Shown: piece by piece, positions 50,601 to 64,000 of the stretch
Numbering within the stretch: position 1 is the first letter of the stretch
Layout of the letters: every line of letters begins with the position of its first letter
Assembly (NCBI GenBank): GCA_043228905.1
Contig: JBHGNT010000010.1
Coordinates: forward strand, 2,914,001 to 2,978,000
DNA from: Azolla caroliniana
Taxonomy: Eukaryota > Plantae > Polypodiophyta
Direction: 5' to 3'
Length of the DNA stretch: 64,000 nt
Notes under the pieces: generated by a model
Seen by the model: the letters and a program-made list of their open reading frames with translations, nothing else
What the model was told of the DNA's origin: nothing
Database searches by the model: none
Position numbers and translations under genes: made by a program

Positions 50601-53600
50601 TTCTCAGCTGCCCTATCATAGTGCGCAGCGCATAGGATAGATGTATATCCATATAAGGTGGCCTGATGATGAATCCATCCTCTGATGTGTGTAAGAAGTG
50701 TGTCTTGTAGTGGGCCATCTTCGTACCAAGTGAAAATTTGGGACTGATCTAGGTTATCATGTTATCCAAGTTAATAATATCAGTTTGGATCACTCTATTC
50801 TTTTTCACTTTGGTCATATTTAGATGGGGAGAGTCCAAGCTATATTGGAATGGGGGTAGTGCATTTATACTCATGCCATGTGACTGAAACCATTGCTACA
50901 TTTTAGCATATCAACAATGAATGTCTCCATTTTCAGCCAGTTGTCTTGATCGAGTATTTTCTTATGAAGAGGTACAATTCCCAATATTGTGCTTCCTCAT
51001 CTAGATTCCATGCACCTCTGTCTCCATATGAATCCATCCATTGAAAAGCTCATGGAAAATGACTGTTGTAGTAGGTCTTTTTTGTTAGAAGAGGCTTCAT
51101 TGGTGTAATCAAAATATTTTTGGGTATAGAGTTACCATAGGTGTTATGGGCATGACCATATAATATCCCGTGGTGAGAATTTATCGTAGTATTCTATACA
51201 CGTGGATAAGTGTGAGGGTTAAATGAGAGTGTAAAGAAGGGGAGGATTACTTTTAATCCTCGGGATTGACACAACCCATTAGGCCAAGTGTGAACTTGCC
51301 GGGGGAGCCTTGGGTTTCTCTATAAATATGAGGCCTAGCTACCCTCATTTCATCATCTCTTGACTACGTTGAAACTCTGTTTCGTAGTGGGTCAACTCTT
51401 GAAGCGAGCGCGCCAGCACCAAGTACGACTCGACGCCACGGTGGTGGTATGGGACGCCGATCGAGGCTCGAGTCCATCTCGATCCCTTCGCTCGGGGGTG
51501 GTCGGGTGGATTGGCACCATTCTTTCTCTCTCTCCTTTCTTATATTATATATATTATATCCTTATCATATGCTTACATTAGATCATCACTCTAACAATAG
51601 GTCTTGCTACACCCTGTTACACTCATCATTTTTGGGAAATGTAGGCTATAGAAGGGTGGCAATTTCTTGATATGAAGGCCATTGCTGTGGAACCACTTTA
51701 TCATTTGTGAGTACTATGATCCTTCTGCTTGTTTTGTTATTGTCATCAGCCGAAAGAAGAATGTGGACAGATGTACCTAATATTCCAACTCTCTTTCTGC
51801 CTCCATGTTTGTTGTATGCTGCTCCTATATCGATGTAGAGTTTGAAGAGGGTTGGGTGCTTGAGATGACCTATGATTGCCCAGTGGACAGATGTAGCATC
51901 CTGGCTTCATTCTGATGGTGCTTGAGATGACCTTTGATTGTAGGGTGTGGCATCCTTGCTTCACTTTGATGGTGCTTGTGATGACCTTTGATTGCCCAGT
52001 GGACACCTAACTTGTCTCAGCACTTGCTCGTATAATGTACGTGACATGTCCATCATGTCAAGAGGGAATTTTGAATGCATGCAGTCTTTGTAGGAGACTT
52101 TCCTGGGGTACTACATCAGGGAACTCGAGAGTTTGTGGTGAAGGTATGTCGTATAGTAGAGGGTTTTGGAGGTGAGGATATGGAGTGGTGTGGTTGGATC
52201 TAGATAGTTGTTTTTGGTGGATTCACCAATTATGGTTTACCTAGTTTATGGGTGAAGTGGATGACTATCTAACCAGAGTGTTTACTGCCACTAATTGGGC
52301 CATTGGTGCTGATGAAGATTTTGATGGTTTGGATGCCATCATCTGTCCTAAGGATGTAATCAACAATGTTCCTGGTGCCCCCTACCAGGAAACATTTTAG
52401 AAATTGGGCATGCATTCATCCAGTTGTAGACAATGGGGTGGTATCAGAACCATAGTTCTAGTAGATTTCTGCAATATCCTGTGTTGTATATGTTTTCCAT
52501 ATCGTGTGTGGTGCGGTCCTGACCCCTTTGAGCTTCTGCTAATTTCTGGGACCTTTAAAGATATTGAGTGCATTATCTCTGGTTCGGCATAGTCATAGGC
52601 GTTAAATATTCTATTTTGCATTCTGGTTATTACGTTTCCCATGTAATCTCTAGTGGTTTGTCTGTATGTGGACCCCCATTGAAAACCCTCCAGTTGAGGT
52701 TGTACTTTCTTTGGAGTGGCAGCCCATGTTGGAGATTTTTCAAAAGCAGAAGTTACATCCAATCTAACTTCTGAATCTTAAGTGTTTCAATAACTAGATT
52801 CTTTTGTATGTATGTAGTTATATTTGTTTTGATTTGTTATTCTCAAAGATTAGACAACATTTTAAGACAATGTTTCGACGTTTTAAAGATGTTCATATGT
52901 CTTTCTTTCTGGGCATTGGCGGTCTTAATAATGCTAATGTGTTGTCTTTCTGTGAACTCTTCCTTTCTCCAAATGCGTCCACAATGTAGTTTCAAAATGC
53001 AATATGTAGCTATAATTCGGTTGTCTCATAGGCCATGGTTAATGAGGATGCAACCGTTTCAGTAAACTACCTTGTTGCCTTACAAACTGTTTTTGGTGAT
53101 CAATTTGCATATTCATAAAGTAAGTTAAAGGTATGTCTAATTGTCATAGCATGACTTGTGTTTTGAAGAACTTGGAATTTGAATGTCTAAGCTCTAGTGG
53201 TGTCTTTTTCTGTTGGGCTTTGATGAGGGGGTTGCTTATTACATGCCATATCTTGCAGCTGAATTCTATCTATTTGTGTGGCATCATTTGCTTCTCTAAC
53301 TGCATCCTGTCTCCAGGGGCAATGGAGAATGGAACTGAAGAAGCAACTATGCATTTCATGGTTAATGTCGTTGAACCACAGTTCAACCTTCAATCAGAAG
53401 ATGCTCGGGTGATTAATTTTTTTAATGTTTTGTGGACCCTAAAGATAACTTGGGTATTTAAATTGTTACTTGCTCATTTTTCTGAACTTTAAATGGCATT
53501 TTTATATCATAGGGACGATTCCTACTTGCAGCGGCAAGTGGTAAAGTCATGGCCCGTTCAATTCGTTCCATAATGGATGTGAGGCCTGAGATGATAGCTC

Positions 53601-56600
53601 ACACCCTAAAATCAGGTGGTGAACATTTATCTGGAAACATGCGAGAATTATCTTGGAGCAGAAGAGAGCTCTCAGTGATCTTAGAACGAGTACAGGCTCA
53701 TGTAGCACCAACTGATGTTGATCCAGGAGCTGGTTTACAGTGGCTTCCGAAAATCCCAAGGAGTACACAGAAGGTGAAAAGGACAGGTCCTCTACTTGAA
53801 CGTGTATTTACACCCTGTGAAATGTACTTCCAGTACACCCGCTGCAAAAGTGAGGCAACCGATATCAAGGTGACATATTTACTATAGGTTACTGGGTTTA
53901 TTCAATATGTTTGTGCCACGCTATTTTCAATTGACCTGTTTAGAAGTGTTATAGCTGTGATAGGCGACAGTTCATGGAGTAAAGTCATGGAATACACTGT
54001 TGCCACACAAAATTACAATTTGTGTTTTATGTTACTACACTCGCTGAGAAGCATTATGAGGGGTACTCAAAAAAAAATTGAAATACCTATTATATCAATC
54101 AAGAAGGGAAAGTTGTGCCAATTACAGGATGGTTAACTACATATGTTCGATAGTTCTAGGAGGAAAATTCTGTAATAATGGGGAGGGGTTTGATAAGGTA
54201 TTGGGCCCAATAACTATAAGTGGCCTTAAACAACATTAGTTATTCTTTTTTGATCAAAATGTTTGAAGGTCAAATATGGATTTCAAATCATCAGAAGTTT
54301 CAGCAGATAAGGTACTTCTGATCATAATTCTGAAATGTTCTTCTTTCTATAACCAGAGGACATTCCATTGTACAGTCTTTTGTATGCTGTATTTCCTGTT
54401 AAAAGTTTTGACCGCCAATATATGGCTATAGGGACAATCCTAAAGAGGCATGTGATGCGCCTGTTAATGTAGCCTCCTTGTGTAACATCCAGCTTGATGT
54501 CAAGAAGTTGAACCAAAAACACTGGACATATATGCTGTGAGGGACATACTGTCGTTTACAAGTTTAATAGTGTAGATTGATGAAGATATGCCTGTGAAAG
54601 ATAACTTTGTATGAATGTAGCGATATTGACCAAATGCCATGTAATGTCAAATGGTAACAGTGTTGACTCCTGTGTTAAAAAAAATTTGTGAAATGTGAAT
54701 ATTTCATTTCTAGAGATCATTAAGATTACATATAAAAGATTGATCTTTAATCATGCTGTATATATATATTCAGGGTCTATGGCAGGGTCCTTGATTACCT
54801 AGTGTTACTTATTTGACACAGTCTTTTAAGAGGCCAAAATGGCCTATAAGACCAAATTAGAGATCTCATCTTAAAATTAGATGACATCTTTACTTTTATA
54901 GAGAAAGCTTAACTTACATCTGATGACATCCTTTACTTTTATAGGTAAAAGCTCTGAAGGAATTATCATTTAATTCTTCAAGTATTACAGCTACTATGAC
55001 TTCTCGTCAGTTCCAAGTTATGGTGCATGTTATCAGCAATCTACTTCTTGCAAGGCTTCCAAAGTAGGCATCTTTTAACTGACTCAAAAGTCATGGTTTA
55101 TCTAAGTTAAATATCTTAAGTGCTTAGATATAGATTCTTTAGTACCCTATGTTTAGTTATAGTTATTTTGGTTTGTTCTCAAAGACAAGAAAACTTCATA
55201 TGATGAATGTCTTGCTCATTTGGATAGGCCATTTTGACCTCTTAAAAGACATTAATATGCCTTTCTTTCTTTCTATGATGTCGGCGGGTTTACAGAGAAA
55301 TCTAGATGCTTTTAAGTTATTTTGTATAGACAAAAATTTGTTGATAAACTTTGATGCAAATAAAGCACTCAAGCATGGGTAGCATGTAAATACAAACTTC
55401 AGTGTATGGATTGTGAATCTAACTGTAGATTCCAATTTCATTGATGTAATTTAAACCAAATTATATTGCAGGCCAAGGAGAAACTTGTCTCTGTATGGTG
55501 ACATCGAAGAAGATGACATCGAAGAAGATGACATTGAAGAAGTGACTGATGAAGTGGTACCTGATGGAGTACCAGAGGTTGAGCGTGCACATATAAAGCT
55601 GGAGGAATCAGAAAGGGATCTAAAATTACTGTTAGCTGATATCAAGAGAATTGAGCAAGGTACTTCAGAGACAGCTGAAGCAGACAAAAACGGGAGGGAT
55701 ACAAAACTGTGGATGCTGGAATGTGGAAACAGAACATTGGTATAACATGTTTCTCTACAATACTTGAAGCATATGCTAACTATTCTCTGCGATAGTTGTA
55801 TGACATGTTAGTCTATTTCTTGTGCATAAAACAACATGATTATAGAGAGTAAATTCTGCTTGAAAATTACACAAGCACCTATTATAAGTTTTGGATGTAT
55901 TTTTTGTGCAGGTTGCAGAGCTTAAACTGGACTTGAATAAGAGACTAAAAGTGAATAAATTGGCTGTGAAGACATTACGGATTGCCAGGCAAAGAGCTGC
56001 ACAGCAACAATTTAAAGAGAAAGAAAAGAGTAAAAGTATTCCTTCAGCAATGCGAATTTCTTGGACAATTGAAAAGATAGTATGGAATATGATTTCTGAT
56101 GGTCAAGCTTTTGCGGAAGCTGAAATCAGTAGCATGGTAAGTACTGAAAGATGTAGGGAGAATGATAATGGACTTAGAAAATGCTTAAATGAATTATAGT
56201 AAAGAACATGAAATTCCGTAATCTCATTGGAAAGGAAATGAAGGATTTTATTAACTTTGTGAACTCTGAAGACCCAGATACCCTAAAAGACAGAACCTAT
56301 CTGTACTCATTTAATCAGTCCTCAACTAGAGTATCAAAACTAATTACTTGTAATGAGAATTTTAAAATATGAGTAATTCAGTGCATCTATGTGTGTATCA
56401 ATATAGGCTTTACATTGTGTGCACATCAAGGCGAGAGCATTCATTTCTAAAAATGAGTCAACATTGTGATTGAGATTGGTACTAGCCAGTCAGCATCTTC
56501 TTCTGAGTAATGATGTTCTGATCCATAGATCTAAAATGTCTCAGTTGTGGTCTATGCACATAGTTCTTTAAGAACAATATTCTTGAATCTATCTTAGAGT

Positions 56601-59221
56601 TCCATGCTAAGAAAAGTGTGATCTGCCAATAGATTGTCACAGCTGTGATTAACATGATTGGATTAAAGCAAGGATATCCACTATCGCTCACTCCTTCGAT
56701 CAAGCTAGCATCCAAAATGAACATTCAATTAGATGCGAAAGCGGGGATATTATACTATTAGGAGACTTCAATGCACATGCTAGTAGGGGAGTATAGTTTG
56801 ACATGAGAGAAGCCATGTATAGAGAAGATGTGGCAGAAGATTGTTATTTGATCTGACAAGCCAAGATATGATATCCCTACTAATGTGTTTAAAGAGGGAA
56901 TAATGTGAAGAAAAGAAATTGTGTCACAAAAGGCCTCTAAAGATTCTACGAGCTTGATCATTGTGGGATGCGGAAACTCTTATTTGGTGGTCTTGCTTCC
57001 TAAGGAATTGCCCTAAACTCTAAATATTAAACCAAAGATTAGCTAGTTGGTTCTCTAAAACTATCATTTGAGCCTTATAAGCTCTATGAATACCTTTGTT
57101 AGATTATATCCCACAATCATTTGGCTGTCTATTGATGAGCCCCTTTAGGTTTCATGTGGAAGAGCATGAAAACACTAGCATGACCATCATTGTCCAGCCA
57201 AAGGCCAATTGCAGTTTGTGTGGCTGCTGAAGATAAAATGATAGATGTAGCTTTAGGATTAGACTCCATTCCTTTTTAAATATTCTATAAACGATGGTAT
57301 TACAGCAAGGTCATCATATGCAGTTTCCAATGTAGATAGTTGGTTCCATCTAGAAGTCACTCTGCGAATGGTGGGAAGTTGAGGAATGGTATAAGATATA
57401 ATAGTAGCATTGGAAGCCATGGAAAAATCCTCTCTTCGAATCCTGGATTGTTGTGCACAAGGTTTGCTGACTCCCTAAATGATAGTGTCCTAGGCAGTGT
57501 GGGAGGGATGAAAGTGGAAAAATAAGAAACAGATTGTTGGCTGAAGAACATGGATCAACCCCCCAATATGTCTTGGTAGAAAAACTGCTCACAATATTGA
57601 ACTCATTTATGCATCAGAGTATGGATTCATGATAAGTCCCACTTATATGGATATAGATCTGTTGCATGCACTCCGTACTGTGATAGGGCAGTTGCAAACC
57701 TCCTCACATTAGTTAGAGATTGAGGTAGACTAGTATGCACACACACCTCTAGAAGAAAGAATCTGCCAAGTTTTTCATCGTTAGTGAGCCCCATCACTCC
57801 TACTCATACTACAACTCAATCAATGGCTACAAATGCAGGGTCCTGACCAGGTTGCTGTAAAGGGGTTACAATAAATAGGTCAATAACAAATTTTCGTGCA
57901 CTGAGACCCTGATCTTGTGGATGATAATCTTGCCACCTGTGTCATCAGCAGATAAAGGCCATCATCTCCTGCTATTGCTATTGCTTCCTTCACTTCCGGA
58001 GATCTCTCCAATTTGAATTGGCCCGTGTTAAGAGATGTTTTGAAGATAGAAATCAGAATCTATTTGATTTGAGAAACTTACATGCATAGATATCCAGTTT
58101 CCTGAGTTACTTTTTAGGTAGTTATATCTATTTTGGTTTGTTCTCTGAAGAAGGAGACAATGTTTAAGATGGAATCTCTGGTTTGTTTTTATAGGCAAGT
58201 TTGGCCTCTTAAAAGACATTAATATATCCTTCTTTCAGAGTTTTGTGGCAGTGTAGTCATTCTTGAGTATGAGCTTTGTAGATGGTCACAGCATCAGGGG
58301 AACAACATTTCTGTTTGACATAATAAATGTACTCCTATTTAGGGGTATGAGTCTAAATGAAATTCTCCTAAATAAAACAAATTCTCTCATTAAGCTCGTG
58401 AAATTTCTAAGCATGTCTAAGTGACTGTTTTATATATTGTTTTCATGTGTGATTAATGTTGTTGTTACTATTCAGAACCTTAATGTAGATCGCGATTTTC
58501 ATGAAGTTGGAATAGCACAATTCAGTGCAAAGCATTTTGTCGTAAAGAACTGTTTACTAGATGCAAAATCAAACACCGTGTTATCAGCTTGGAATCCCCC
58601 TAATGAGTGGGGAAGGTAATGAAAATAGTTCCAACATCATTCCACATTTTCTTGGTATGGTTAAAGACAACTGAAGTGCAGGTAAGAAATTATATTTTTC
58701 TCTTACATTATGCAGGACACTTATGCTCCGTGTTGATGCAAAGCAGGGTGCTCCAAAAGAGGGTCATTCACCATTGGAGCTTTTCCAGGTTCTGGTTTTT
58801 GTGCTCCTGAGACTTCGATATTTGAACTTTGGAGCTGTCTTAATATTAAATATAACATGTGATTCATGTTTTACTGACAGGTTGAAGTTTACCCTTTGAG
58901 AATCAATCTTACAGACAGGATGTTTACTATGATGTGGGAATATTTCTTTCCTAAAGAAGAGAAGGACATACAAAGGCGGCTGGTATGCAGTGAATTGGCT
59001 CTTCCTTTAAAGTTGTAAGTGACCTTATCTTATATTTCATCTGGACTTTCATTTTCAAGGATTGGGAACGATCAACAACTGCATCTGTGACAAGAGGGAG
59101 GAAAGTGTCGGGAATGGCTGATCTTCCAGCTTCTTCTACATCTAAACTGCGGGGGAATCAAACACAGCTCAGAAATGACCGACCTGGAGTGGATGTAGAT
59201 TTAGCTGAACAGACGAACAAG
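38685..59221 (+). CDS. SAB: SABRE/KINKY POLLEN/APT1 family protein (bridge-like lipid transfer protein, FMP27/Hobbit/BLTP2-type); multi-exon, 3' end beyond the window
   Basis: N-terminus 'MELTPAKFLALFL...SWILGRMIGAQIKFRFGG..LRDITLNFKKGALES' resembles SABRE. Conserved blocks: 'IEEEPLQGWLDEH', 'LPWWDDMRYYIHG', 'YDPFRSTSL', 'PRSGNLSLDKV', 'HFMVNVVEPQFNL' and 'QAHVAPTDVDPGAGLQWLP'. Approximate GT-AG exons: 38685-38755, 38833-38944, 40010-40273, 41001-41257, 41332-41533, 41926-42099, 42235-42312, 42402-42647, 44144-46261, 46344-48246, 53317-53408, 53513-53869, 54945-55063, 55472-55739, 55912-56136, 58476-58615, 58716-58788, 58881-58982, 59060-59221. Confidence 0.92.
42690..43860 (-). mobile_element. 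Intronic LINE 3' fragment (same family as 49830-51130)
   Basis: 'KMAHYRALFLYTS..ISCPLQLR' and 'GFGPL' are homologous to ORF 50233-50718; shares the terminal motif GGCCAAAATGGCC. Confidence 0.65.
49830..52100 (-). mobile_element. Intronic non-LTR retrotransposon remnant (RT piece plus C-terminal Zn-finger region; RTEX/CR1-group-like)
   Basis: 'QLRTSSHQLEIEVGRYTRIPVEERICQLCHQGVESKEHYVCHC' (50233-50718) and RT-like 'STIKVKQGC' (~51950). Confidence 0.7.
51142..51596. mobile_element. Solo LTR (455 bp) inserted in the intronic LINE remnant
   Basis: TGTTA...TAACA termini, perfect 5-bp TSD ATAGG (51137-51141, 51597-51601) and an internal TATAAAT. Confidence 0.85.
57530..58230 (+). mobile_element. 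Degenerate plus-strand copy of the same LINE 3' end
   Basis: 'ccacttatatggatata...gatagggcagttgcaaacctcctcacattagttagagattgagg' matches the 50.2-50.7 kb copy. Ends in the inverted terminal motif tttggcctcttaaaa. Confidence 0.65.
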
Positions 59222-59739
59222 GTAATTTTCTTTTTCAGTTTACGAATTTGAAGGCATGATGTAGGATTGCTGAACATACACGTGACATGAAATTATCCTA
59301 GCACTGGCTTTCTTTTGTTCAATTAGGCCACACTCTGATTTATCAGATGGAAATGTCAGCTTTATGGTATATTTCCAATGGACTTGGAAAATTTTTAGTT
59401 ATTGTGTTTGGTGATGCCTTACCCACACCTAGTTCTTTCTCTATGGATAGATCAGGCGATAACAATTTGTCTTGGATGTAGGCCCCAGCCTCGTGAACCA
59501 CGATCTCAATATTTAGTTACGTTTTATAATATATTCTCTTCTTTCAGCTAGTTTGTTGTGCAAAGTTAAGATCTAAGGTACAAAAAGTAAATAAGATCTC
59601 TTATTTTCAGTACATGTAAGAATCTCCAGTCAGATATATTATAAATATTGTCTTCGAAAGATCTCTAGCATAGGTCAATCCAAAATGGGATAAGGTTGGG
59701 TATGAGCATTACTACTCATATTGGTGATGAGATAAGGCT

Positions 59740-60459
59740 GGATACAATCAATAGGCATTCTTGCCTTATATTGAGACCAACGTTAGAGTTACCATTTGCC
59801 ATTTAGTATTCTAGCTTTGTCGACTTAGCATCTTCCCACTTCATCCTTATTGATTCTACCAACCTTTCCTCACTCATTACATAATGCATAACATTGCTCG
59901 AAAGCTCTAAAAGATCATCCACACCACATCTTCTAAACTATTTCCTTATGTCAACAACCCAACCGGATGAGAGAATTTTACTTTATATTGAGACCAACAT
60001 TCAGGGTTGACATTTGCAATGTAGTATTCTAGCTTTGTCCTCTTAGCATTTTCCCACTTCGTCCTTTAATGATTCCACCAACCTTTCCTCAATCATTACA
60101 TACTGCATAACATCGCCCGAAAGCCCTAAAAGATTATCCACCCCCATCTTCTGAACCATTTTCTCATGTCAACAACCCAACAAGATGAGAGAATTTTACT
60201 CTTATGATTCTTTTGTAGCTTACATTCAATATTCCAAGCAAGATGTGGTGGTTGATGATTTGGCACATTCTTGACTTTTGTAATGTATCTATATACTCTT
60301 TGGAGTGCCAATATCTCTATAAGATGAGCACTTGTTTCCAAGAGCATAACCTGGTGGGAGGTAGTGCATTTAACTCCTAATTACCTCCTTAAAAACATCT
60401 TTTGAATTTTCTCAATCTCATTCCATGCATTAAGAGAGATGGTGCTACCCCATACTTCT
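59740..60459 (-). mobile_element. LINE fragment with an internal ~215-bp tandem duplication
   Basis: 'EVWGSTISLNAWNEIEKIQKMFLRR..MLLETSA' is LINE post-RT sequence; 'ttatattgagaccaac' repeats at ~59766 and ~59983. Confidence 0.6.
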
Positions 60460-63400
60460 TGAAGGGCAGCACAATGATTAGGGTTTAAGTCAACCAGAGA
60501 GGGAGAGAGTCTGAGTGAGAGACAAAGGGAGAGAGAGAGATGCACGTTGTCTTGGGTACAAAGAGTGTACCACTTTTTTTTGGTTATATGTATATACAAG
60601 TCAAAATGTGCTACGAGTGCGTTTACACGTGCACTAATAAAAGGCATGATGGCCCTTTATTCCCAACAACCTCCCACCTATAGGCAATGTGCCGTGAGGA
60701 GAAAGAAGAAGAAGAAGAAAGTTAGCTAAGTCCAAGTATGTACAAAGCTGAACTACATACATCTATCCAACTCCCATCATCTGTCAGCAATGAGCAAATC
60801 ACTCAGCTGGAAGACCCTTTGTGAGAAGATCTGCAGGATTATCATTTGTATGTACTTTGACAAGCTCAATGTTCTTGCTGTCAAGTACATCTCTGATTAA
60901 GTGATACTTCACCTGTATGTGCTTCGTCTTTGCATGAAAGACGGGATTCCGAGCTAGCACGATAGCACTTTGACTGTCACAATGCTCTGTAATGCCAAGA
61001 TCTCTCACTAGATATGAAAGCCATAAAGCCTGATATGAAAGCCATAAAGCGTCCTTGCATGCCTCAGTGGCAGCAACATACTCTGCCTCTGTAGTACACA
61101 ATGCAACACACTTCTGTAGCCTGGAGATCCAAGAGACTGCTCCTCCCGTGAAAGTAAACACATACCTTTCTGCTGTCCACGTGACCAGCATAATCCGCAT
61201 CCGTAAAACCAACAACAGATGCCTTCTGCTTTCCAAAGCAAATGCACAAGTCCTTTGTGCCTTTGAGGTATCTCATAATACCTTTCACCGCTTCCCAATG
61301 CTTTTTGCCGGGATTTGCCATGTACCTACCAACCACTCCCACTGCAAAAGCAATATCAGAGCGTGTAGCAACCATCGCATATATCAAACTGCCAACGGCT
61401 GAAGCATATGGAACCTTAGCGATTTCAGCCTTCTCATCATCAGATGTAGGGCTGTCTTCTGCGCTGAGTTTCAAATATGGAGGCAATGGAACCCCAATTG
61501 TTTTCCCTCCCTCCATATTGAAACGCTGCAAAACCTTAGAGATATACTCCTGCTGAGATAGAGAGAGTACCCCTTTCGACTGGTTTCGGAGTATTTGCAT
61601 GCCAAGGATGTGATTTGCATCATCAAGATCCTTCATCGCAAAGCTGGCAAGAAGGCTTTGTTTCAATGAATCCAAGGCATGAATATCTTTGCCAGCAATC
61701 AACATATCATCAACATACAAAACAAAGATAATCAGGCCTGCCTTCTTGGTGTACAAGCAGTGGTCCACTTGGCTTCTACGAAAACCTTGAGACTGCATAA
61801 ATGTATCAAATTTATGATACCATTCACTTGGTGCTTGTTTCAACCCATACAAACTCCTTTTGAGCTTACATACCATCTTCTCTTTGCCTTTAGCCACAAA
61901 ACCTTCAGGTTGCTGCATATATATGTCTTCATGCAGATCGCCATGTAAAAAGGAGGTCTTCACATCCATCTTTATGAGCTCCATATCTTTAGCTGCAACT
62001 AAGGCGAGAATATCTCATCAAAATCAACTCCATATTCCTGCTTGTATCCTTTTGCAACCAATCTTGCTTTGTACTTTGGCGAGGAATCAGAAATGACCTT
62101 CATTTTATAAACCCATTTGCATGGAAGTGTTTTCTGCCCTTTAGGCAACTGCACCAAATCCCAAGTGTCATTTTTCTCAAGAGATTCCATCTCTGACAAC
62201 ATGGCTTTATACCTTTTCTTGTTGTCCTATCTGTCCATTGTTTCCTTGAAGCAAGACGGTTCGCCACAATCAGTCACCATGACATAATCAGCCACACTGT
62301 TTGCATCAGGAACAAATCTGTCAGGCTTTCTAGTAACTCTAGATGATCCCCTAATCCAATGCTCATTGGTTGGTAGCTGTTGAGCTTGCAAATCACCATT
62401 TTCAACTTGCTGTCCAGGCATTTCAGCCTGCAAATCAGCATTAACAGCTTGCTGTTCTAGCCGTTCCTGCTTTTTTGGTTGCTCATCATTATGGGCAAAG
62501 GCTGGCTGATCATTTCCAGCCTCATTCTGCATTTGCAGGTAAGTTTACAGCAGGTGTTTGCTGCTGTACAACGGGCACATTTTTCTGTCTAAAAGGTATT
62601 TCTTCTCAGAATACAACCCTAGGTACTTCCTCGGTCTTTCGGGTTGTTTATGCATGCGATTTTCCTGGAAGATAACATCATTGCTGTGTACTATTTTTCT
62701 TTTCTCGGGATCCCACAATCTATACCCCATTTCACCCTCGTCACCGTATCCTAGGAAAATACATTTGCAGGACTTTGGCTCAAGTTTGTTGCGTTCTTCT
62801 TTACAAATGTGTAGAAAAGCCTCACAGCCAAACACTCTCAAGTGAGCATATGAATGTGGCTTGTCCGACCACGCTTCTTGGGGTATTCCCCCTCCCAAAG
62901 ACCTGTTAGGTGACCGATTAATCAAGTGAACAGCTGTCATAACAGCCTCTGCCCAAAAACCATGGGGTAATGCGGCATGAGACAGCACAGTATGGACCCT
63001 ATCTTGAATAGTCCGATTCATACGCTCTGCAACTCCATTTTGGGCTGGATTATAAGGGGCAGTGAGTTCCCTCTTTATTCTGTTGCTGTCACAAAATGCT
63101 TGAAAGGCCTTGGACACATATTCCCCACCATTGTCAGGGCGAAGAAACTTAAGTGTCTTATCAATTTGATTCTCAACTAATGCCCAGAATGTTCGAAACT
63201 TGTCGAGCACTTCATCCTTGCTACGAATAGGGTAAACCCATACCTTCTGTGTAGCATCATCGACAAAAGTGACTAAGTATTGCTTTCCCCCTAATGATAG
63301 CCCTGGCATCTGACATACATCTGAATGTACTAACTCAAGCGGGGAAGACTTCAGTGAAAGAGACTTTTTATGAGATGTTTGTACATGTTTACCATAAATA

Positions 63401-64000
63401 CAATGATCACAATGCTCAAAATCAGCATAACGAAGACAAGGCAAGTAACCCAAACGAGAAAGTACTTTCATACCCGTTTCACTCATGTGTCCCAACCTGC
63501 CATGCCACAAAGAAACACTTGGCTGCTCGGTTATGGCAACAACATGGTCACTCACACTAGATACATGGAGTGGATACAAAGTATCACTTTTACTACCCTT
63601 GGCAATAACCCTAGATCCTTTACAAATCTTCCATTTCCCATCACCAAAGGTGGTGTGAAATCCATTGTCATCTAGCTGTCCTGTGCTAATCAAGCTCTTC
63701 TTGAGCTGAGGTGCATGCCATTACATGCTGAAGTGTGAAAGCAGAACCATGTTGACACTGTGATTGCACAGTGCCAAGACCTGCAATTTCACATGTATAG
63801 TTGTCCCCAAGATGGACAACACCATGTTGACCCCTTGTGTAATCTGAAAACCACTCACGATGAGGGGTGATGTGAAAAGAAGCACCGTAATCGAGTATCC
63901 AAGTGTGCATGTTACCATCCGTATCTGCAAGTAAAGCATGTTCTGTATTACATGAAGAGACAAAGAGTACATCATTTCCACTATCACTGTCATGAGTGAC
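60460..64000 (-). mobile_element. Degenerate Ty1/copia element (3' LTR plus pol) in a SABRE intron; 5' part outside the window
   Basis: 3' LTR 60460-60668 (TG...CA) with PPT AGGTGGGAGG adjacent. RNase H (60799-61236), RT 'VLYVDDML' (61064-61984), integrase (62545-63693) and protease 'WILDYGASFH' (63686-63910), with several frameshifts. Confidence 0.9.

Overview
AT-rich, intron-bearing land-plant genomic DNA; the PPR style suggests a fern or other non-seed plant (inference). (1) 1-2.5 kb: decayed PLS-class PPR fragments joined to a nucleotide-sugar-transporter fragment. (2) 2.67-15.12 kb: an old Ty1/copia element holding a very young full-length copia (601-bp LTRs, TSD CCCGT), a related solo LTR and an unclassified insert. 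(3) 22-34 kb: an L1-type LINE split by a 9,275-bp TIR DNA transposon (23564-32838; 36-bp TIRs, 4-bp TSD AACC). This transposon encodes an intact 926-aa Sola/DUF7869-like DDE/D transposase. Divergently, it encodes a six-exon ~974-aa ParB-like + beta-class DNA amino-methyltransferase fusion. Intron 1 of that gene holds an array of ~11 37-bp palindromes with spacers in both orientations. This element is the standout system of the window. (4) 36.5 kb to the end: a multi-exon SABRE/KIP bridge-like lipid-transfer gene that runs out of the window; its introns carry LINE fragments, a solo LTR and a decayed copia. All calls come from reading motifs by eye; no database searches were run.
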